Shown piece by piece: positions 27,806-38,482 of a stretch of DNA of 64,000 nt (positions within the stretch are counted from its first letter, which is position 1; each line of letters begins with the position of its first letter). Made by a program: the position numbers and the translations under genes. The notes under the pieces are model-generated. The model saw only the letters and a list, made by a program, of their open reading frames with translations, was not told where the DNA came from and did not search any database. This DNA is from Occultella glacieicola (GTDB lineage: Bacteria > Actinomycetota > Actinomycetes > Actinomycetales > Beutenbergiaceae). Location: the NCBI RefSeq assembly GCF_004353825.1, contig NZ_SMNA01000005.1, positions 434,001 through 498,000 on the forward strand, written 5' to 3'.

Positions 27806-29692
27806 CTAACGAGAACGCGGATCGGCCCAGCTCACGACCGCGTTGTCGATGAGCCGCGTGGAGCCCACGCGGGCGGCGATCACGAGCAGCCCGTCCTCGG
27901 CCGGCTCGCCCTCCCGGGGGTAGGCGGTCATCGTCACCGGGTCGACGAGCTCGAGGTAGTCGACCCGCACCAGCGCCGGGTCCGCGGTCGCCAGCTCGGC
28001 GCGCGCAGCCTCGAGAACGTCCGCCGGCGGGCGCCCCTGCAGCGCGGCCCCCGCGCCCGCGCGCACCGTCCGGGAGAGCACCAGGGCGGCGCTGCGATCC
28101 GTCCGTGACAGGTGCACGTTCCGGCTGGAGAGCGCGAGCCCGTCCGGGTCGCGCACGGTCGGGACCGCGACCACGTCGACGCCCATGTTCAGATCGGCGA
28201 CCATCCGGCGCACCAGGGCGAGCTGCTGGGCGTCCTTCTGCCCGAAGAGCGCGACGTCGGGGCCGGTCAGGTTCAGGAGTTTGTGCACCACGGTGAGCAT
28301 CCCGTCGAAGTGCCCGGGCCGGTGCTCCCCCTCGAGCAACTCGCCCATCCGACCGGCGACGATCCGCACCTGCGGCTCCCCGCCGGGGTACACCTCGTCC
28401 ACGGACGGCGCGAACACGACGTCGACGCCCTCCGCGCGGAGCACCGCCACATCCGCGTCGAGCGTGCGTGGGTAGGTCTCGAGATCCGCCTCGGAGGAGA
28501 ACTGCAACGGGTTCACGAAGACGGTCACCACGACCTCGTCGGCCAGCTGCCGAGCGGCGCGCACCAGCGCGACGTGCCCCGCGTGCAACGCGCCCATGGT
28601 CATCACGACGGCGCGCCGGCCGCGCGGGCGGACCGCCCGCAGGTCAGCGACGGTGTGCACGACGACCGGGCCGTCATCGCCGTCATCGCCGTCGGTGGCC
28701 TCGCCGTCGGTGGCTTCACCGTCGGCACGCCGGTCGACGGCGGCACTCGCCCGCGTAGCCCCTGCCGCGGTGGCTGCCGGTGGTGGGCCGCCCGGGGTGG
28801 CGCTCTCCAGGGCGTCGAGCAGTTCGCCGGCCCGGGCCTCGCCGATCCGGCCGTTGACCAGCGCGCGCTGCACCGTGGCGCGCGCGAGTGCCACGTAGGT
28901 GGGAGCGATGTCGACGAGTCCGGGCCTGCCGTCGTCGGCCTCGGCCAAGGCGGTCAGGTGCTCGCGCACGGTGCCAACGTCGCCGCGGACCACGGGCCCG
29001 GTCAACGACGCCTCGCCACCGCGGAGTGCGCCGTCGAGCGCGGCCTGGAGCAGCGGCGTGAGCAGGGCCCCGCCGTCCTCCACCCCGGCCGCGGTCAGCA
29101 GTCGGATGGACTGAGCGGTCAGGGTGACCAGGTGGTTCGCGCCGTGGGCGAGGGCCGCGTGGTAGAGCCCACGGACGTCCTCGCCGAGGACCACCGGTTC
29201 GCCGCCGATCTCGACCACGAGGGCCTGCGCGATCGGCAGCACCGGGCCTGCGGCGGTGACCGCGAACGGGGCGCCGACGATCCGGGCCAGGTCCAGGCTG
29301 GTCCCGGTGAACGTCATGGCCGGGTGGATCGCCAGCGGGATCGCGCCTGCGGCGCGGGCCGGGGCGAGCACACCGGTGCCGTACCGGCCGGCGGTGTGCA
29401 CGACGAGCTGTCCGGGCTGGAATGCCCCGAGGGTCGCCAGGCCGGAGACCAGGTCCCCGAGCACGTCGTCGGGGACGGTGAGCAGGAGGAGTTCGCTCCG
29501 TTCGACGACCGCCTCCACGTCGAGGACCGGCACGCCGGGCAGCAGCGCGTCGATCCGCTCGAGGGTGTCCTCGGACCCTCCGCTGGCGCCGACGACGGCG
29601 TGCCCCACCGAGCGCAGGGCGCTCGCGAGCACCGCCCCCACCCGGCCGGCACCGACGACCCCGACGCCGAGCCGTCCAGGTCGTGAGGTCAC
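27806..29692 (-). CDS. panC: fusion of Rossmann-like/DUF2520 (PanG-like) domain and pantoate--beta-alanine ligase
   Basis: N-half: GVVGAGRVG, LTVPDD, HPAMTF, YHAAL...NH, LTGPVVRGD. C-half: MGALHAGH, FVNPLQF, RPGHFDG, FGQKDAQQ, GLALSSRN, TRLIDN. Single open frame. Confidence 0.92.
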   Translation of the reverse strand: MTSRPGRLGVGVVGAGRVGAVLASALRSVGHAVVGASGGSEDTLERIDALLPGVPVLDVEAVVERSELLLLTVPDDVLGDLVSGLATLGAFQPGQLVVHTAGRYGTGVLAPARAAGAIPLAIHPAMTFTGTSLDLARIVGAPFAVTAAGPVLPIAQALVVEIGGEPVVLGEDVRGLYHAALAHGANHLVTLTAQSIRLLTAAGVEDGGALLTPLLQAALDGALRGGEASLTGPVVRGDVGTVREHLTALAEADDGRPGLVDIAPTYVALARATVQRALVNGRIGEARAGELLDALESATPGGPPPAATAAGATRASAAVDRRADGEATDGEATDGDDGDDGPVVVHTVADLRAVRPRGRRAVVMTMGALHAGHVALVRAARQLADEVVVTVFVNPLQFSSEADLETYPRTLDADVAVLRAEGVDVVFAPSVDEVYPGGEPQVRIVAGRMGELLEGEHRPGHFDGMLTVVHKLLNLTGPDVALFGQKDAQQLALVRRMVADLNMGVDVVAVPTVRDPDGLALSSRNVHLSRTDRSAALVLSRTVRAGAGAALQGRPPADVLEAARAELATADPALVRVDYLELVDPVTMTAYPREGEPAEDGLLVIAARVGSTRLIDNAVVSWADPRSR

Positions 29693-31296
29693 CCGTGCAT
29701 CCTGCCACCGTCGCCGGGGCTGGTCGTACCCGCGCTGCGCCCCGGGAGCACGCCACCGTAGACGGGGCGCACCGGCGGGCTCGGCAGGATCCCGCCGTAG
29801 ACGCCCGGTGGCACGGCCGGGCCGGCGACCCCGGAACCGCCGGTCTCCTCACCGGGGCCGGATTCGGCGCCGACGGCCAGCCGGGCGGTGCGGGGCAGCA
29901 TCCAGCGCTCCGGCCCGGCCTCGCGACGGGCCCGGCGGGCCCGGTCGGCGACGTCCACGAGCAACTCGCGGACAGTGTCGGCGTCGATGTGTGTGACCAT
30001 CGGCGTGATCGGGCCGGGGGTGGAGTGCAGCGAGAAGTTGGCGACCCGCAGTCGTCGGTCCAGCGGCCCTTCGGACAGGCCGAGGGACTGGGTGCGCTCG
30101 TGCGGCACGATGACCAGACGGCGCCAGATACGGCCGGTTCGAAGGATCGTCACGGTGTCGGTGACCCGGAAGCCGGTGCGGCGCCAGACCCACGGGTCGA
30201 GCCAGCGCACCCGGCGGGGGGAGGTCACGAAGCCCTCGTCGCCGCCGGTGCCGGACAGGCCGGCCTCGAGCAGTTCGAGCGGCCGCGGGTCGCCGAGGTC
30301 GGGCTGGACCAGGTACAGCAGCCGGCCGACCTCCTCGGTGGTGGCGACCGGATACAACACGCTGCCCGTGGTCTCCTCGGCGCCGTAGCCGGCGATGTTC
30401 ACCTGCAGGCGCCACCAGCCGCGCTTGCGCCACAGCAGTGGCTGGGTCACCTGCACGGCCTGCACCCGGCCCGGAGGCACCGTCCGGGCCTTCGACTCGA
30501 GCAGGCCCTGCCGCACCCGCACGCCGTCGGGCGAGGTGGCGACTCGGAAGGCGAACTCCCCCGCGAACCGGCTCCACACGTACGCGGCCGCACCGAGCAG
30601 GGCGGGCGCGACGCCGAGGAACGGCGCGAGGCTCTGGTTCACCACGGCCAGCACGACGAGCACCGCCCCGGCGATCACGAACGCCATCACCCAGAACGAG
30701 AGGGCGAGGGAGCCGACCAGCCGGCCGGGTGCGAGCGCGAGCACCTCGCGCTCGGGTGCGGCTGGTGCGGAGGGTGCCGCGGCGCCGTCGGCCGCTTCCT
30801 CCACGGTCAGTCCGGCGGCCCGGGCCAGGAGTTCGTTGCGCAGCCGCTGCGCCTCGTCCTCGGTGAGGAAGGACAGGGTCAGGTTCGAGCCCGCCCCGCC
30901 CGCCGACTCGATCTTGAGCGAGGCGAAGCCGAACAGCCGGGCCAGCAGCGGCTGGGTGACGTCCACGGTCTGCACCCGGTCGAGCCGGAGGTGGCGCTGC
31001 TGGCGGAACAGCACACCGGAGTGCAGGTAGACGCTCTCCGGGCTGACGCCGTACCGGGTCCGGCTCCAGGCCAGGGCCGAGTAGCCGAGGCCGATCAGCG
31101 AGCCGACGACGATGACACCGATGATCACGAGCAGGAGCTGGGTGGCGGGCAGATCCAGCTGCCCGAGGGTGTCGGAGTACTGCCAGACGAAGATCGCGAT
31201 CAGCGCGGCCGCGACCTTCCAGGCGTTCAGCAGCGGGGTGACGCGGTGCAGCTTGCGCCAGTCCACCTCCGCCTTCGTGGCGCGGTCGATGCTCAC
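29689..31296 (-). CDS. bacterial PH-domain membrane protein (YdbT-like)
   Basis: WRKLHRVTPLL, repeated RVQTVDVTQPLLAR / RVQAVQVTQPLLWR / RTQSL..SEGPL units. Confidence 0.88.
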   Translation of the reverse strand: MSIDRATKAEVDWRKLHRVTPLLNAWKVAAALIAIFVWQYSDTLGQLDLPATQLLLVIIGVIVVGSLIGLGYSALAWSRTRYGVSPESVYLHSGVLFRQQRHLRLDRVQTVDVTQPLLARLFGFASLKIESAGGAGSNLTLSFLTEDEAQRLRNELLARAAGLTVEEAADGAAAPSAPAAPEREVLALAPGRLVGSLALSFWVMAFVIAGAVLVVLAVVNQSLAPFLGVAPALLGAAAYVWSRFAGEFAFRVATSPDGVRVRQGLLESKARTVPPGRVQAVQVTQPLLWRKRGWWRLQVNIAGYGAEETTGSVLYPVATTEEVGRLLYLVQPDLGDPRPLELLEAGLSGTGGDEGFVTSPRRVRWLDPWVWRRTGFRVTDTVTILRTGRIWRRLVIVPHERTQSLGLSEGPLDRRLRVANFSLHSTPGPITPMVTHIDADTVRELLVDVADRARRARREAGPERWMLPRTARLAVGAESGPGEETGGSGVAGPAVPPGVYGGILPSPPVRPVYGGVLPGRSAGTTSPGDGGRMHG

Positions 31297-31787
31297 AGGC
31301 CGGCCAGCCTCGCCTCACCGCGAGCGGTCAGTTGATCGCGCAGCCGGGCCGCCTCCTCCTCGGCCAGTCCGGGGATCGAGGCGTCCGAGCCGGCCGAGGC
31401 GGTGTGCAGTTGCACGGCGGCGATCTTCATCTTGCGCGCGATCGGGCCGGCCTCGACGTCCACGTACTGCATCCGCCCATAGGGCACCACCACGAGGGAG
31501 CGGAACATCACCCCGCGTCGGATGAGCAGGTCGTCCTCGAGCTCGGCATAACCGATCGCGCGGACCTGCCGCGGGATCAGCCAGAGCAGCCAGGCGGTCA
31601 GCGCGAGCAGCCCGATCGGGAGGAGCCACATCGCCGAACCGACCACGATGGCGGGCCAGATCGTCACCAGGCCGGGCAGACCGAGGAAGATCCCGACGGA
31701 GATCTGGCGCACCGGGATCAGGCGTAGGGAGATCGGGCGCCACTGCACGCCCTCGATGTCGAGTGCAGGGCTGGTCGGTGTGGGCAT
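31293..31787 (-). CDS. bacterial PH-domain membrane protein (YdbS-like)
   Basis: GYAELEDDLLIRRG, VVPYGRMQYVDV..GP, LHTASA, EAARLRDQL; GAGAAT 6 nt before ATG 31787. Confidence 0.9.
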   Translation of the reverse strand: MPTPTSPALDIEGVQWRPISLRLIPVRQISVGIFLGLPGLVTIWPAIVVGSAMWLLPIGLLALTAWLLWLIPRQVRAIGYAELEDDLLIRRGVMFRSLVVVPYGRMQYVDVEAGPIARKMKIAAVQLHTASAGSDASIPGLAEEEAARLRDQLTARGEARLAGL

Positions 31788-31870
31788 GCGGCCATTCTCC
31801 CCGATCGGCCGGGGGTTTCGCGTCCACCGCGCGGTGGAGGGCCGTGGGGCGGACCACCCGGGTGACGAAC

Positions 31871-32332
31871 TCAGCCGGGAGCCGGGCCGTCGTCCTCGTC
31901 CTCGGGGGGCACCTTGCAGCACCACTGGGTGAACAGGCCGGCCGCGATGAGCACCCCGGCGACGACGATCGCCACGCCGGCGGCGAACGCCTGCTCGCGC
32001 GGGTCGGGGGCCTCGGCGCGCGGCAGCGACAGCAGCAGGACCGCGAGGAAGTACCCGACGTGCACCGCACCGGTGAGCGCGGCGGCCTGCCCCAGCACGA
32101 GGATCCGGGCCGCGCCGATCGGGTCCGTGATCGTGCGTGCGCGCACGCCCCGCCGCACCCGCAGGCCCAGCAGCGCGACGCCGGCCGCGACCACGGCGAG
32201 CAGCACCACGACCGCCGGCGAGACCGGCGGGAGGGTGTTCCCGCGGCTGTCCCACCAGCGCAGCCCGATGACGGCGATGGTTCCGGCCACGATGATCGTG
32301 GCTGCCAGCACCCGCCAGCCGACCCGCTGCAC
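31871..32332 (-). CDS. DUF3180-like membrane protein
   Basis: Four hydrophobic segments, DPIGAARILVLGQAAALTGA, C-terminal WCCKVPP; usual position after folK. Confidence 0.85.
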   Translation of the reverse strand: MQRVGWRVLAATIIVAGTIAVIGLRWWDSRGNTLPPVSPAVVVLLAVVAAGVALLGLRVRRGVRARTITDPIGAARILVLGQAAALTGAVHVGYFLAVLLLSLPRAEAPDPREQAFAAGVAIVVAGVLIAAGLFTQWCCKVPPEDEDDGPAPG

Positions 32333-32334
32333 GG

Positions 32335-34686
32335 TCAGTTCGGGTCGCGGCGCAGCGGCTGCCACTTCGGAGTGGCCTGCTGTTGGGCCTCCGGCTCGGA
32401 CTCCGGTCCGGTCCAGCGCCGGCCAGGCCCACGGGTCTGCTCGTCCAGTTCGCCGTCATCGTCGGCCGGTGGGAACGACGCCGGTCCGGACCGGACGAAC
32501 CCCGGGGAGGGCTCGGCCGCGGGTGGCTCGGGCGCGGACGGTTCGAAGCCCGACGGCGGCGCCTGGGGTTCGAAGCCGGACGGCGCCGGCGGCTCGTGGG
32601 TGGGTGGCTGCGGTGCGGGCGGCTCGTAGGGGGACGGCTGGTACGGCGGCGGCTCATGGCCGGGCGGTTGCGGGGGCGCGGGTGGCTCGTAGGGCGGCGG
32701 CTCGTGGCCGGGCGGCTGCGGGGGCGCGGGTGGCTCGTAGGGCGGCGGCTCATGGGCCGGCGGCTCGGTGGGGCCGGGCCGGGCGGGTCCGGGCGCCTCG
32801 CCGGACGACTGCCCGTAGGACGTCTGCCCGGACGGCTGCCCATAGGAGGGCTGCTCGCTGCCCGGCTCCTCATAGGAGGACTGCTCCTGGGAGGGCTGCC
32901 CGTAGGAGGGCCGCTCGTGCGCTCCGGGCTGCACCGGCGGCGCCTGGTACGTCGGGGCCGGGCTCGGGGGCAACGGCTCGAACGCAGACCTCCGGGCCGG
33001 GCCATCGGTCCGGGGCACCTGGGCCTCCGGAGGAAGCCCGAACGTCGATCCGCCTGGCTGCTCGGCCGCGGGCCGCCCGTACACGGACTCCGCGAACGGC
33101 TCCGGATCGGCCGACTCGTGTTCGCCGTCGACGGCACCAGTGCCGTCAGGGCTGTGAGGTCCGTCAGTGGCTGCTGGGCCGGAATGGGCGAGCAGCTCGA
33201 GGTCCTCGACCGACTCGCGGCCGGCCTGCTCGGGGGCGGCGAACTCGGAGGCAGCCGGCTCGGGGAGGTCGTCGGCCGTGGCCAGCGGAACGGCCGGGGG
33301 CATCCCGGACGCCTCGGATGCCATCGGGTCGATGAGGGCCCAACCCGCGCCGGACTGCTCGGGCTCGGGCGGCAGCTCGGCGTCGGCCGGGGCCACCGGT
33401 GCCGGCGGCGGCACCGGTGCCGGCGGGGGCACCGCCGGCGGGGCCTCTGACTCCGCCGGGGCAACGGGCGCCGGCCGGCTGACGAACTCCGGCGGGGCCG
33501 GCTCGCCGGCGGATTCGGCCGCGGCCGGCTCGGGCGCCGGGGCGGCTTCGGCGGCGTGGGACCGCGGCCCGTTCGTCGCGTCCAGCCAGTCGAGGGCGAG
33601 CCAGCGCACGCCGGTCCGGTCCGGAGCGGTCTCGGCGAGGGCCGCGACCGGCCCACCGCCGAGGCCCGGCAGGAACGCCGACGGGTCCGCCTGGGCCCAC
33701 GGAACGAGCACGAACGCCCGCTCGTTGGCCCGCGGGTGCGGCAGGGTCAGTTCGGACTCGGCGCTGGAGATGCCGTCATAGGCGACGATGTCGATGTCGA
33801 GGGTGCGCTCGCCCCAGCGCTCGCGACGCTGGCGGCCGTGGGCGTCCTCGATCTCGTGCACCCGGTCCAGCAGGTCCATCGGGGACAGCGTGGTGCTGGC
33901 GAGCACGACGGCGTTGAGGAAGTCGGGCTGCGGCATCGCGTCCGGGAGCACGACGGCGGCGGTGCGAGCGAGCGGTGACACCGTCGCGACGCTCAGGCCC
34001 GGGACCTCCCGCAGATCCGCGACCGCGGCCCGCAACGTCGCCCGCACGTCGCCGACGTTGCCGCCGATCGAGAGGACCACCTCCGCGGGCTCGTCCGGCA
34101 CCCGATGCAGGGCGGCGCCGGGCTCCTCGGCGGCCTCCTCGGGGACGCCCGGCACGCCGTCGAACGACTCGTCCGCGGCGGCGGCCGGAGACATCGAGTC
34201 GGCAGCGGGCGACGCATGCCCGAGCGCGGCAGCGGCCATCGCCCCACCAGCACCGGCGGGCACGGCCTCCGGGGCTGCGTCGTCCCCGGCGGCCCAGGGG
34301 CCGGTGACCGAGTCGCGCCGGATGGTGAGCTGCACGTCGGTGAACGGCACCCCGACCGGCGCCTCCGGCTTGTGCACGGTCACCTCGACCGACCGGACCG
34401 CGTTCGGCGCGAGCGCGGCGTCCGCGATCCGGGCCGCGAGCGTCTCGATGAGCTGGACCGGCTCGCCCTCGATGATCGCCACGACCGACTGGGCCACCGC
34501 GGCGTAGTCGACCGTGTCGACGAGGTCGTCGCTGGCGGAGGCGGCGCGGGTGTCGACGTGCAGCGTGACGTCCGCGAGGAAGGTCTGGCCGTCACGGCGT
34601 TCCTCGGCCAGGACGCCGTGGCGGCCAACCCCACCCAGCCCGATGAGGCGGATGACGTCGTGGACCTGGTTGTCCTCGGAGTTCAT
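32335..34686 (-). CDS. folB-folK: bifunctional dihydroneopterin aldolase / HPPK (FolB-FolK) with long Pro-rich C-terminal extension
   Basis: FolB: HGVLAEE, TVDYA, LIETLA, HKPEAP. FolK: SIGGNVGD, FLNAV, RWGERTLDIDI, LPHPRA.ERAFVL. Followed by ~410 aa of low complexity. Confidence 0.92.
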   Translation of the reverse strand: MNSEDNQVHDVIRLIGLGGVGRHGVLAEERRDGQTFLADVTLHVDTRAASASDDLVDTVDYAAVAQSVVAIIEGEPVQLIETLAARIADAALAPNAVRSVEVTVHKPEAPVGVPFTDVQLTIRRDSVTGPWAAGDDAAPEAVPAGAGGAMAAAALGHASPAADSMSPAAAADESFDGVPGVPEEAAEEPGAALHRVPDEPAEVVLSIGGNVGDVRATLRAAVADLREVPGLSVATVSPLARTAAVVLPDAMPQPDFLNAVVLASTTLSPMDLLDRVHEIEDAHGRQRRERWGERTLDIDIVAYDGISSAESELTLPHPRANERAFVLVPWAQADPSAFLPGLGGGPVAALAETAPDRTGVRWLALDWLDATNGPRSHAAEAAPAPEPAAAESAGEPAPPEFVSRPAPVAPAESEAPPAVPPPAPVPPPAPVAPADAELPPEPEQSGAGWALIDPMASEASGMPPAVPLATADDLPEPAASEFAAPEQAGRESVEDLELLAHSGPAATDGPHSPDGTGAVDGEHESADPEPFAESVYGRPAAEQPGGSTFGLPPEAQVPRTDGPARRSAFEPLPPSPAPTYQAPPVQPGAHERPSYGQPSQEQSSYEEPGSEQPSYGQPSGQTSYGQSSGEAPGPARPGPTEPPAHEPPPYEPPAPPQPPGHEPPPYEPPAPPQPPGHEPPPYQPSPYEPPAPQPPTHEPPAPSGFEPQAPPSGFEPSAPEPPAAEPSPGFVRSGPASFPPADDDGELDEQTRGPGRRWTGPESEPEAQQQATPKWQPLRRDPN
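32645..32758 (-). repeat. 48-bp coding tandem repeat (HEPPPYEPPAPPQPPG)
   Basis: Units start at 32645, 32693 and 32741 on the plus strand. Confidence 0.85.
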
Positions 34687-35534
34687 GGTGTCCCTTCTCG
34701 ACCGTCCGAAATGGCTTCATTCTGCGCCGAACGCAGGGCCTGGGCCACCCTGACGGCGTCCACGGAGCCTGCCACCTCGTGCACCCGCACGCCCCACACC
34801 CCGTGGGCGGCCACCAGGGCGGTGACCGCGGCCGTGGCTCGGTCCCGGAACACCGGCAGCGACTCTGCCCCCGCGGCCTCGAGCAACTGCCCGAGGAACC
34901 GTTTGCGTGAGGCTCCGATCAGCACCGGATGGCCGAGCGCCGTCAGGGCGTCGAGTCCCGCGAGCAGGCGCCAGTTGTCGGCCCCGTTCTTGGCGAACCC
35001 CAGGCCCGGGTCGACGATGAGCCGCGCGGGATCGGCGCCCGCCGCGACGAGCGCCTCGAGGCGCCCGCGGAGTTCGGCGACGACCTCGCCGACGACCTCG
35101 CCGTAACCGGCTCGCTCGGCCATGACGTCGGCGTGGCCGCGCCAGTGCGAGACCACGTACCGGAACCCGCCCGCGGCGACGAGCGGCACCATCCGTGGGT
35201 CCGCGAGACCGCCGGAGACGTCGTTGATGATCTCGGCGCCGGCCTCGAGCGCGGCCTCGGCGACCTCGGCCCGCATGGTGTCCACGCTGATCACGGACCC
35301 GGAGGCGGCCAGGGCCTCGACGACCGGGACCACCCGCTGGAGCTCCTCGGCGAGGCTGACCCGTTCCGCGCCCGGACGGGTGGACTCACCACCGATGTCG
35401 AGGATGTCCGCGCCCTGCGCGAGCAGGTGCCGCCCATGGGCGATCGCGACGTCCTGCTCGAACCACTGTCCGCCGTCGCTGAACGAGTCCGGGGTGACGT
35501 TGACCACGCCCATCACGAGCGTTCGCGGTGTCAT
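34683..35534 (-). CDS. folP: dihydropteroate synthase
   Basis: MGVVNVTPDSFSDGG, DIGGESTRPGA, INDVSG, DPGLGFAK, GASRKRF, RVHEV. Confidence 0.97.
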   Translation of the reverse strand: MTPRTLVMGVVNVTPDSFSDGGQWFEQDVAIAHGRHLLAQGADILDIGGESTRPGAERVSLAEELQRVVPVVEALAASGSVISVDTMRAEVAEAALEAGAEIINDVSGGLADPRMVPLVAAGGFRYVVSHWRGHADVMAERAGYGEVVGEVVAELRGRLEALVAAGADPARLIVDPGLGFAKNGADNWRLLAGLDALTALGHPVLIGASRKRFLGQLLEAAGAESLPVFRDRATAAVTALVAAHGVWGVRVHEVAGSVDAVRVAQALRSAQNEAISDGREGTP

Positions 35535-35596
35535 CCGGCCACCCTATCCAGTCGCCGGCGTGCGACCTCCACTCCCCGACGGGCGCGAGCCATCGC

Positions 35597-36187
35597 TCAG
35601 TCGCGCGCGATGAGGCTCATCGCCTCGGCGCGGGTGGCCGTGTTCCGCATCTGACCGCGCACCGCCGAGGTGACGGTCCGCGCACCCGGCTTGCGCACCC
35701 CGCGCATCGACATGCACAGGTGCTCGCACTCGACGACGACGATCACGCCGCGGGCATCCAGCAGCCGGACCAGTGCGTCCGCGATCTGGCTGGTCAGCCG
35801 TTCCTGGACCTGCGGCCGCTTCGCGAACACGTCGACCAGCCGGGCCAGTTTGCTCAAGCCCGTGACGGTGCCGTCCACCGACGGGATGTAGCCCACGTGG
35901 GCGACCCCGTGGAACGGCAGCAGGTGGTGCTCGCAGGTGGAGTAGACGGCGATGTCGCGGACGATCACCATCTCCTCGTGCTCGATCTCGAAGAAGGTCT
36001 GGACGACGTCCTCCGGTTCGGCATGCAGCCCCGCGAAGATCTCCGTGTAGGCCTTCGCCATCCGCTTCGGGGTGTCCCGCAGGCCGTCCCGGTCGGGGTC
36101 CTCCCCGACCGCGATCAGCAGGTCCCGGACGGCCCGCTCGACACCCTCGGCGTCATACGGGCGAGCGGGACGTACTTCTTCGGCCAT
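35597..36187 (-). CDS. folE: GTP cyclohydrolase I
   Basis: [39 protein letters not shown]. Confidence 0.97.
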   Translation of the reverse strand: MAEEVRPARPYDAEGVERAVRDLLIAVGEDPDRDGLRDTPKRMAKAYTEIFAGLHAEPEDVVQTFFEIEHEEMVIVRDIAVYSTCEHHLLPFHGVAHVGYIPSVDGTVTGLSKLARLVDVFAKRPQVQERLTSQIADALVRLLDARGVIVVVECEHLCMSMRGVRKPGARTVTSAVRGQMRNTATRAEAMSLIARD

Positions 36188-36201
36188 GTCGGTCCGCCTC
36201 C

Positions 36202-38346
36202 TCAGGCCTGACCCGACGTGGGCGTGTCCGGTCCGGGCTCGCCGGACCCGCTCGACCCGCTCGAGCCACTCTGCCCAGCCTGCCCGGGGCCGGCGCCCGG
36301 GGTGGACTCGCCCGGGTAGGCGAACCGCTCCGGAACCTCGACGATCGTCTCGGCGGGCGCCTCGTCGTCACCGGCCGCTGCGGCCTGGTCCTGCGGCAGC
36401 ATCGGCGCGTCGCCGCTGGCGATCTCGCGTGGGGACTGCACGGGCGGCACGTCGCTGACGGCGCGGTGCTGGCTGGACAGCCACACCGGGCGCGGCTCCC
36501 GCTTCGTGATCGGGATGAACACCTCGGCCAGCTCCGCCTGGTTCAGGGTCTCCCGCTCCAGCAGCGCGAGCGCGAGGTCGTCGAGCACCTGGCGGTAGTG
36601 GGTGAGGATCTCCCACGCCTCGTCGTGGGCGGAGTCGATGAACCGGCGGACCTCGTCGTCGACGAGCCCGGCGACGTCCTCGGAGTACTCCCGCTGGTGG
36701 CCCATGTCGCGGCCGAGGAACACCTCGCCGTCGGCCTGCCCGAGCCGGATCGCACCGACGCGCTCGCTCATGCCGAACTCCTTGACCATCTTGCGTGCGG
36801 TCGCGGTGGCCTTCTCGATGTCGTTCGAGGCACCCGTGGTCGGGTCGTGGAAGACGATCTCCTCGGCGACCCGACCGCCCATCGCGTACGCGAGCTGGTC
36901 GAGCAGCTCGTTGCGGGTGGTCGAGTACTTGTCCTCGGCCGGCATCACCATCGTGTACCCGAGGGCTCGCCCACGGGGCAGGATCGTCACCTTCGTGACC
37001 GGGTCGGTGTACCGGAGCGCCGCCGCCACCAGCGCGTGCCCGCCCTCGTGGTAGGCGGTGAGCTTGCGCTCCTTCTCGTTCATGATCCGGGACTTCTTCT
37101 GCGGGCCGGCGATCACGCGGTCGATCGCCTCGTCGAGCTCATGGTCACCGATCAGCTCCAGCCCGGTGCGGGCCGTGAGCAGGGCGGCCTCGTTCAGGAC
37201 GTTCGCCAGGTCGGCACCACTGAATCCGGGGGTGCGCTTGGCCACGGCGTGCAGGTCGACCGTGGGCGCCATCGGCTTGCCCCTGGCGTGCACCTCGAGG
37301 ATCGCCTGGCGGCCCTTCAGGTCCGGTGACTCGACGGAGATCTGACGGTCGAAGCGCCCCGGGCGGAGCAGGGCGGGGTCGAGGATGTCCGGACGGTTCG
37401 TCGCCGCGATCATGATGACGTTCGCGTTCGCGTCGAACCCGTCCATCTCCACCAGGAGCTGGTTCAGGGTCTGCTCACGCTCGTCGTGCCCGCCGCCTAG
37501 GCCGGCACCACGCTGACGACCGACGGCGTCGATCTCGTCCACGAAGATGATCGCCGGGGCGTTCGCCTTCGCCTGCTCGAACAGGTCCCGCACGCGCGAG
37601 GCACCCACACCCACGAACATCTCGACGAAGTCCGAACCGGAGATCGAGTAGAACGGGACCTCGGCCTCGCCGGCGACGGCGCGCGCCATCAGCGTCTTGC
37701 CGGTACCCGGCGCTCCGTACAGCAGCACACCCTTGGGGATCTTCGCCCCGACGGCCTGGAACCTGGCCGGCTCGGTGAGGAAGTCGCGGATCTCCTCGAG
37801 CTCCTCGATGGCCTCGTCCACGCCGGCGACGTCGCTGAACTTGACCTTCGGAGCCTCCTTGGAGACCTGCTTGGCCTTGGACTTCCCGAAGTTCATCATC
37901 CGGGAGTTGCCGCCCTGCAGGCGGGACATCAGGAACCAGAAGAGCCCCACCAGCAGCAGCACCGTGAGCAGCGTCATCAGCAGCGAGGACCACCACGGGG
38001 TCTGCGGGACGACGGAGTTGTACCCACCCTCCGGCTCGGCGGTCGCGATCGCCTCGGCGACGGTCTCGGCCTGCGGGGCGGCGTAGTAGAACTCGACGTC
38101 GCGGCCCATGTTCTGCTCCTCGTCGCCGTCGACGAGGTAGTCCTCGGTGAGCGTGAGGTTGACCCGCTGCTGACCGTCGGTGATCTGCGCCTGCTCGACA
38201 GTGTCCCCGGCGAGCAGTTCCAGACCCGCGGACGTGTCGATCTGCCGGGTTCCGCCGCCGCTCATGAGCTGGAAGCTCACGAAGATGATGACCAGCGGAA
38301 GGAGCACCCAGATGAGCGGCCCGCGCAACAACTTCTTCACATTCAT
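36202..38346 (-). CDS. ftsH: ATP-dependent zinc metalloprotease FtsH
   Basis: [32 protein letters not shown]. Confidence 0.98.
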   Translation of the reverse strand: MNVKKLLRGPLIWVLLPLVIIFVSFQLMSGGGTRQIDTSAGLELLAGDTVEQAQITDGQQRVNLTLTEDYLVDGDEEQNMGRDVEFYYAAPQAETVAEAIATAEPEGGYNSVVPQTPWWSSLLMTLLTVLLLVGLFWFLMSRLQGGNSRMMNFGKSKAKQVSKEAPKVKFSDVAGVDEAIEELEEIRDFLTEPARFQAVGAKIPKGVLLYGAPGTGKTLMARAVAGEAEVPFYSISGSDFVEMFVGVGASRVRDLFEQAKANAPAIIFVDEIDAVGRQRGAGLGGGHDEREQTLNQLLVEMDGFDANANVIMIAATNRPDILDPALLRPGRFDRQISVESPDLKGRQAILEVHARGKPMAPTVDLHAVAKRTPGFSGADLANVLNEAALLTARTGLELIGDHELDEAIDRVIAGPQKKSRIMNEKERKLTAYHEGGHALVAAALRYTDPVTKVTILPRGRALGYTMVMPAEDKYSTTRNELLDQLAYAMGGRVAEEIVFHDPTTGASNDIEKATATARKMVKEFGMSERVGAIRLGQADGEVFLGRDMGHQREYSEDVAGLVDDEVRRFIDSAHDEAWEILTHYRQVLDDLALALLERETLNQAELAEVFIPITKREPRPVWLSSQHRAVSDVPPVQSPREIASGDAPMLPQDQAAAAGDDEAPAETIVEVPERFAYPGESTPGAGPGQAGQSGSSGSSGSGEPGPDTPTSGQA

Positions 38347-38482
38347 CCTCGGTGTGGGGCCGGGCCCCGTCCCTCCTGCTCGCACTGTTAGACCGTGACG
38401 CTATACGACGGGGCCGGGAATCCCGTCATGTGTTCGCCGACGGCATGAACGCCGAGCCAGCCCGGCGCACCCGGCAGCCGGC

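Noticed and set aside
32645..32900. CRISPR-like array
   Set aside because: The repeats are contiguous, in-frame coding units with no unique spacers, and no cas genes are present.
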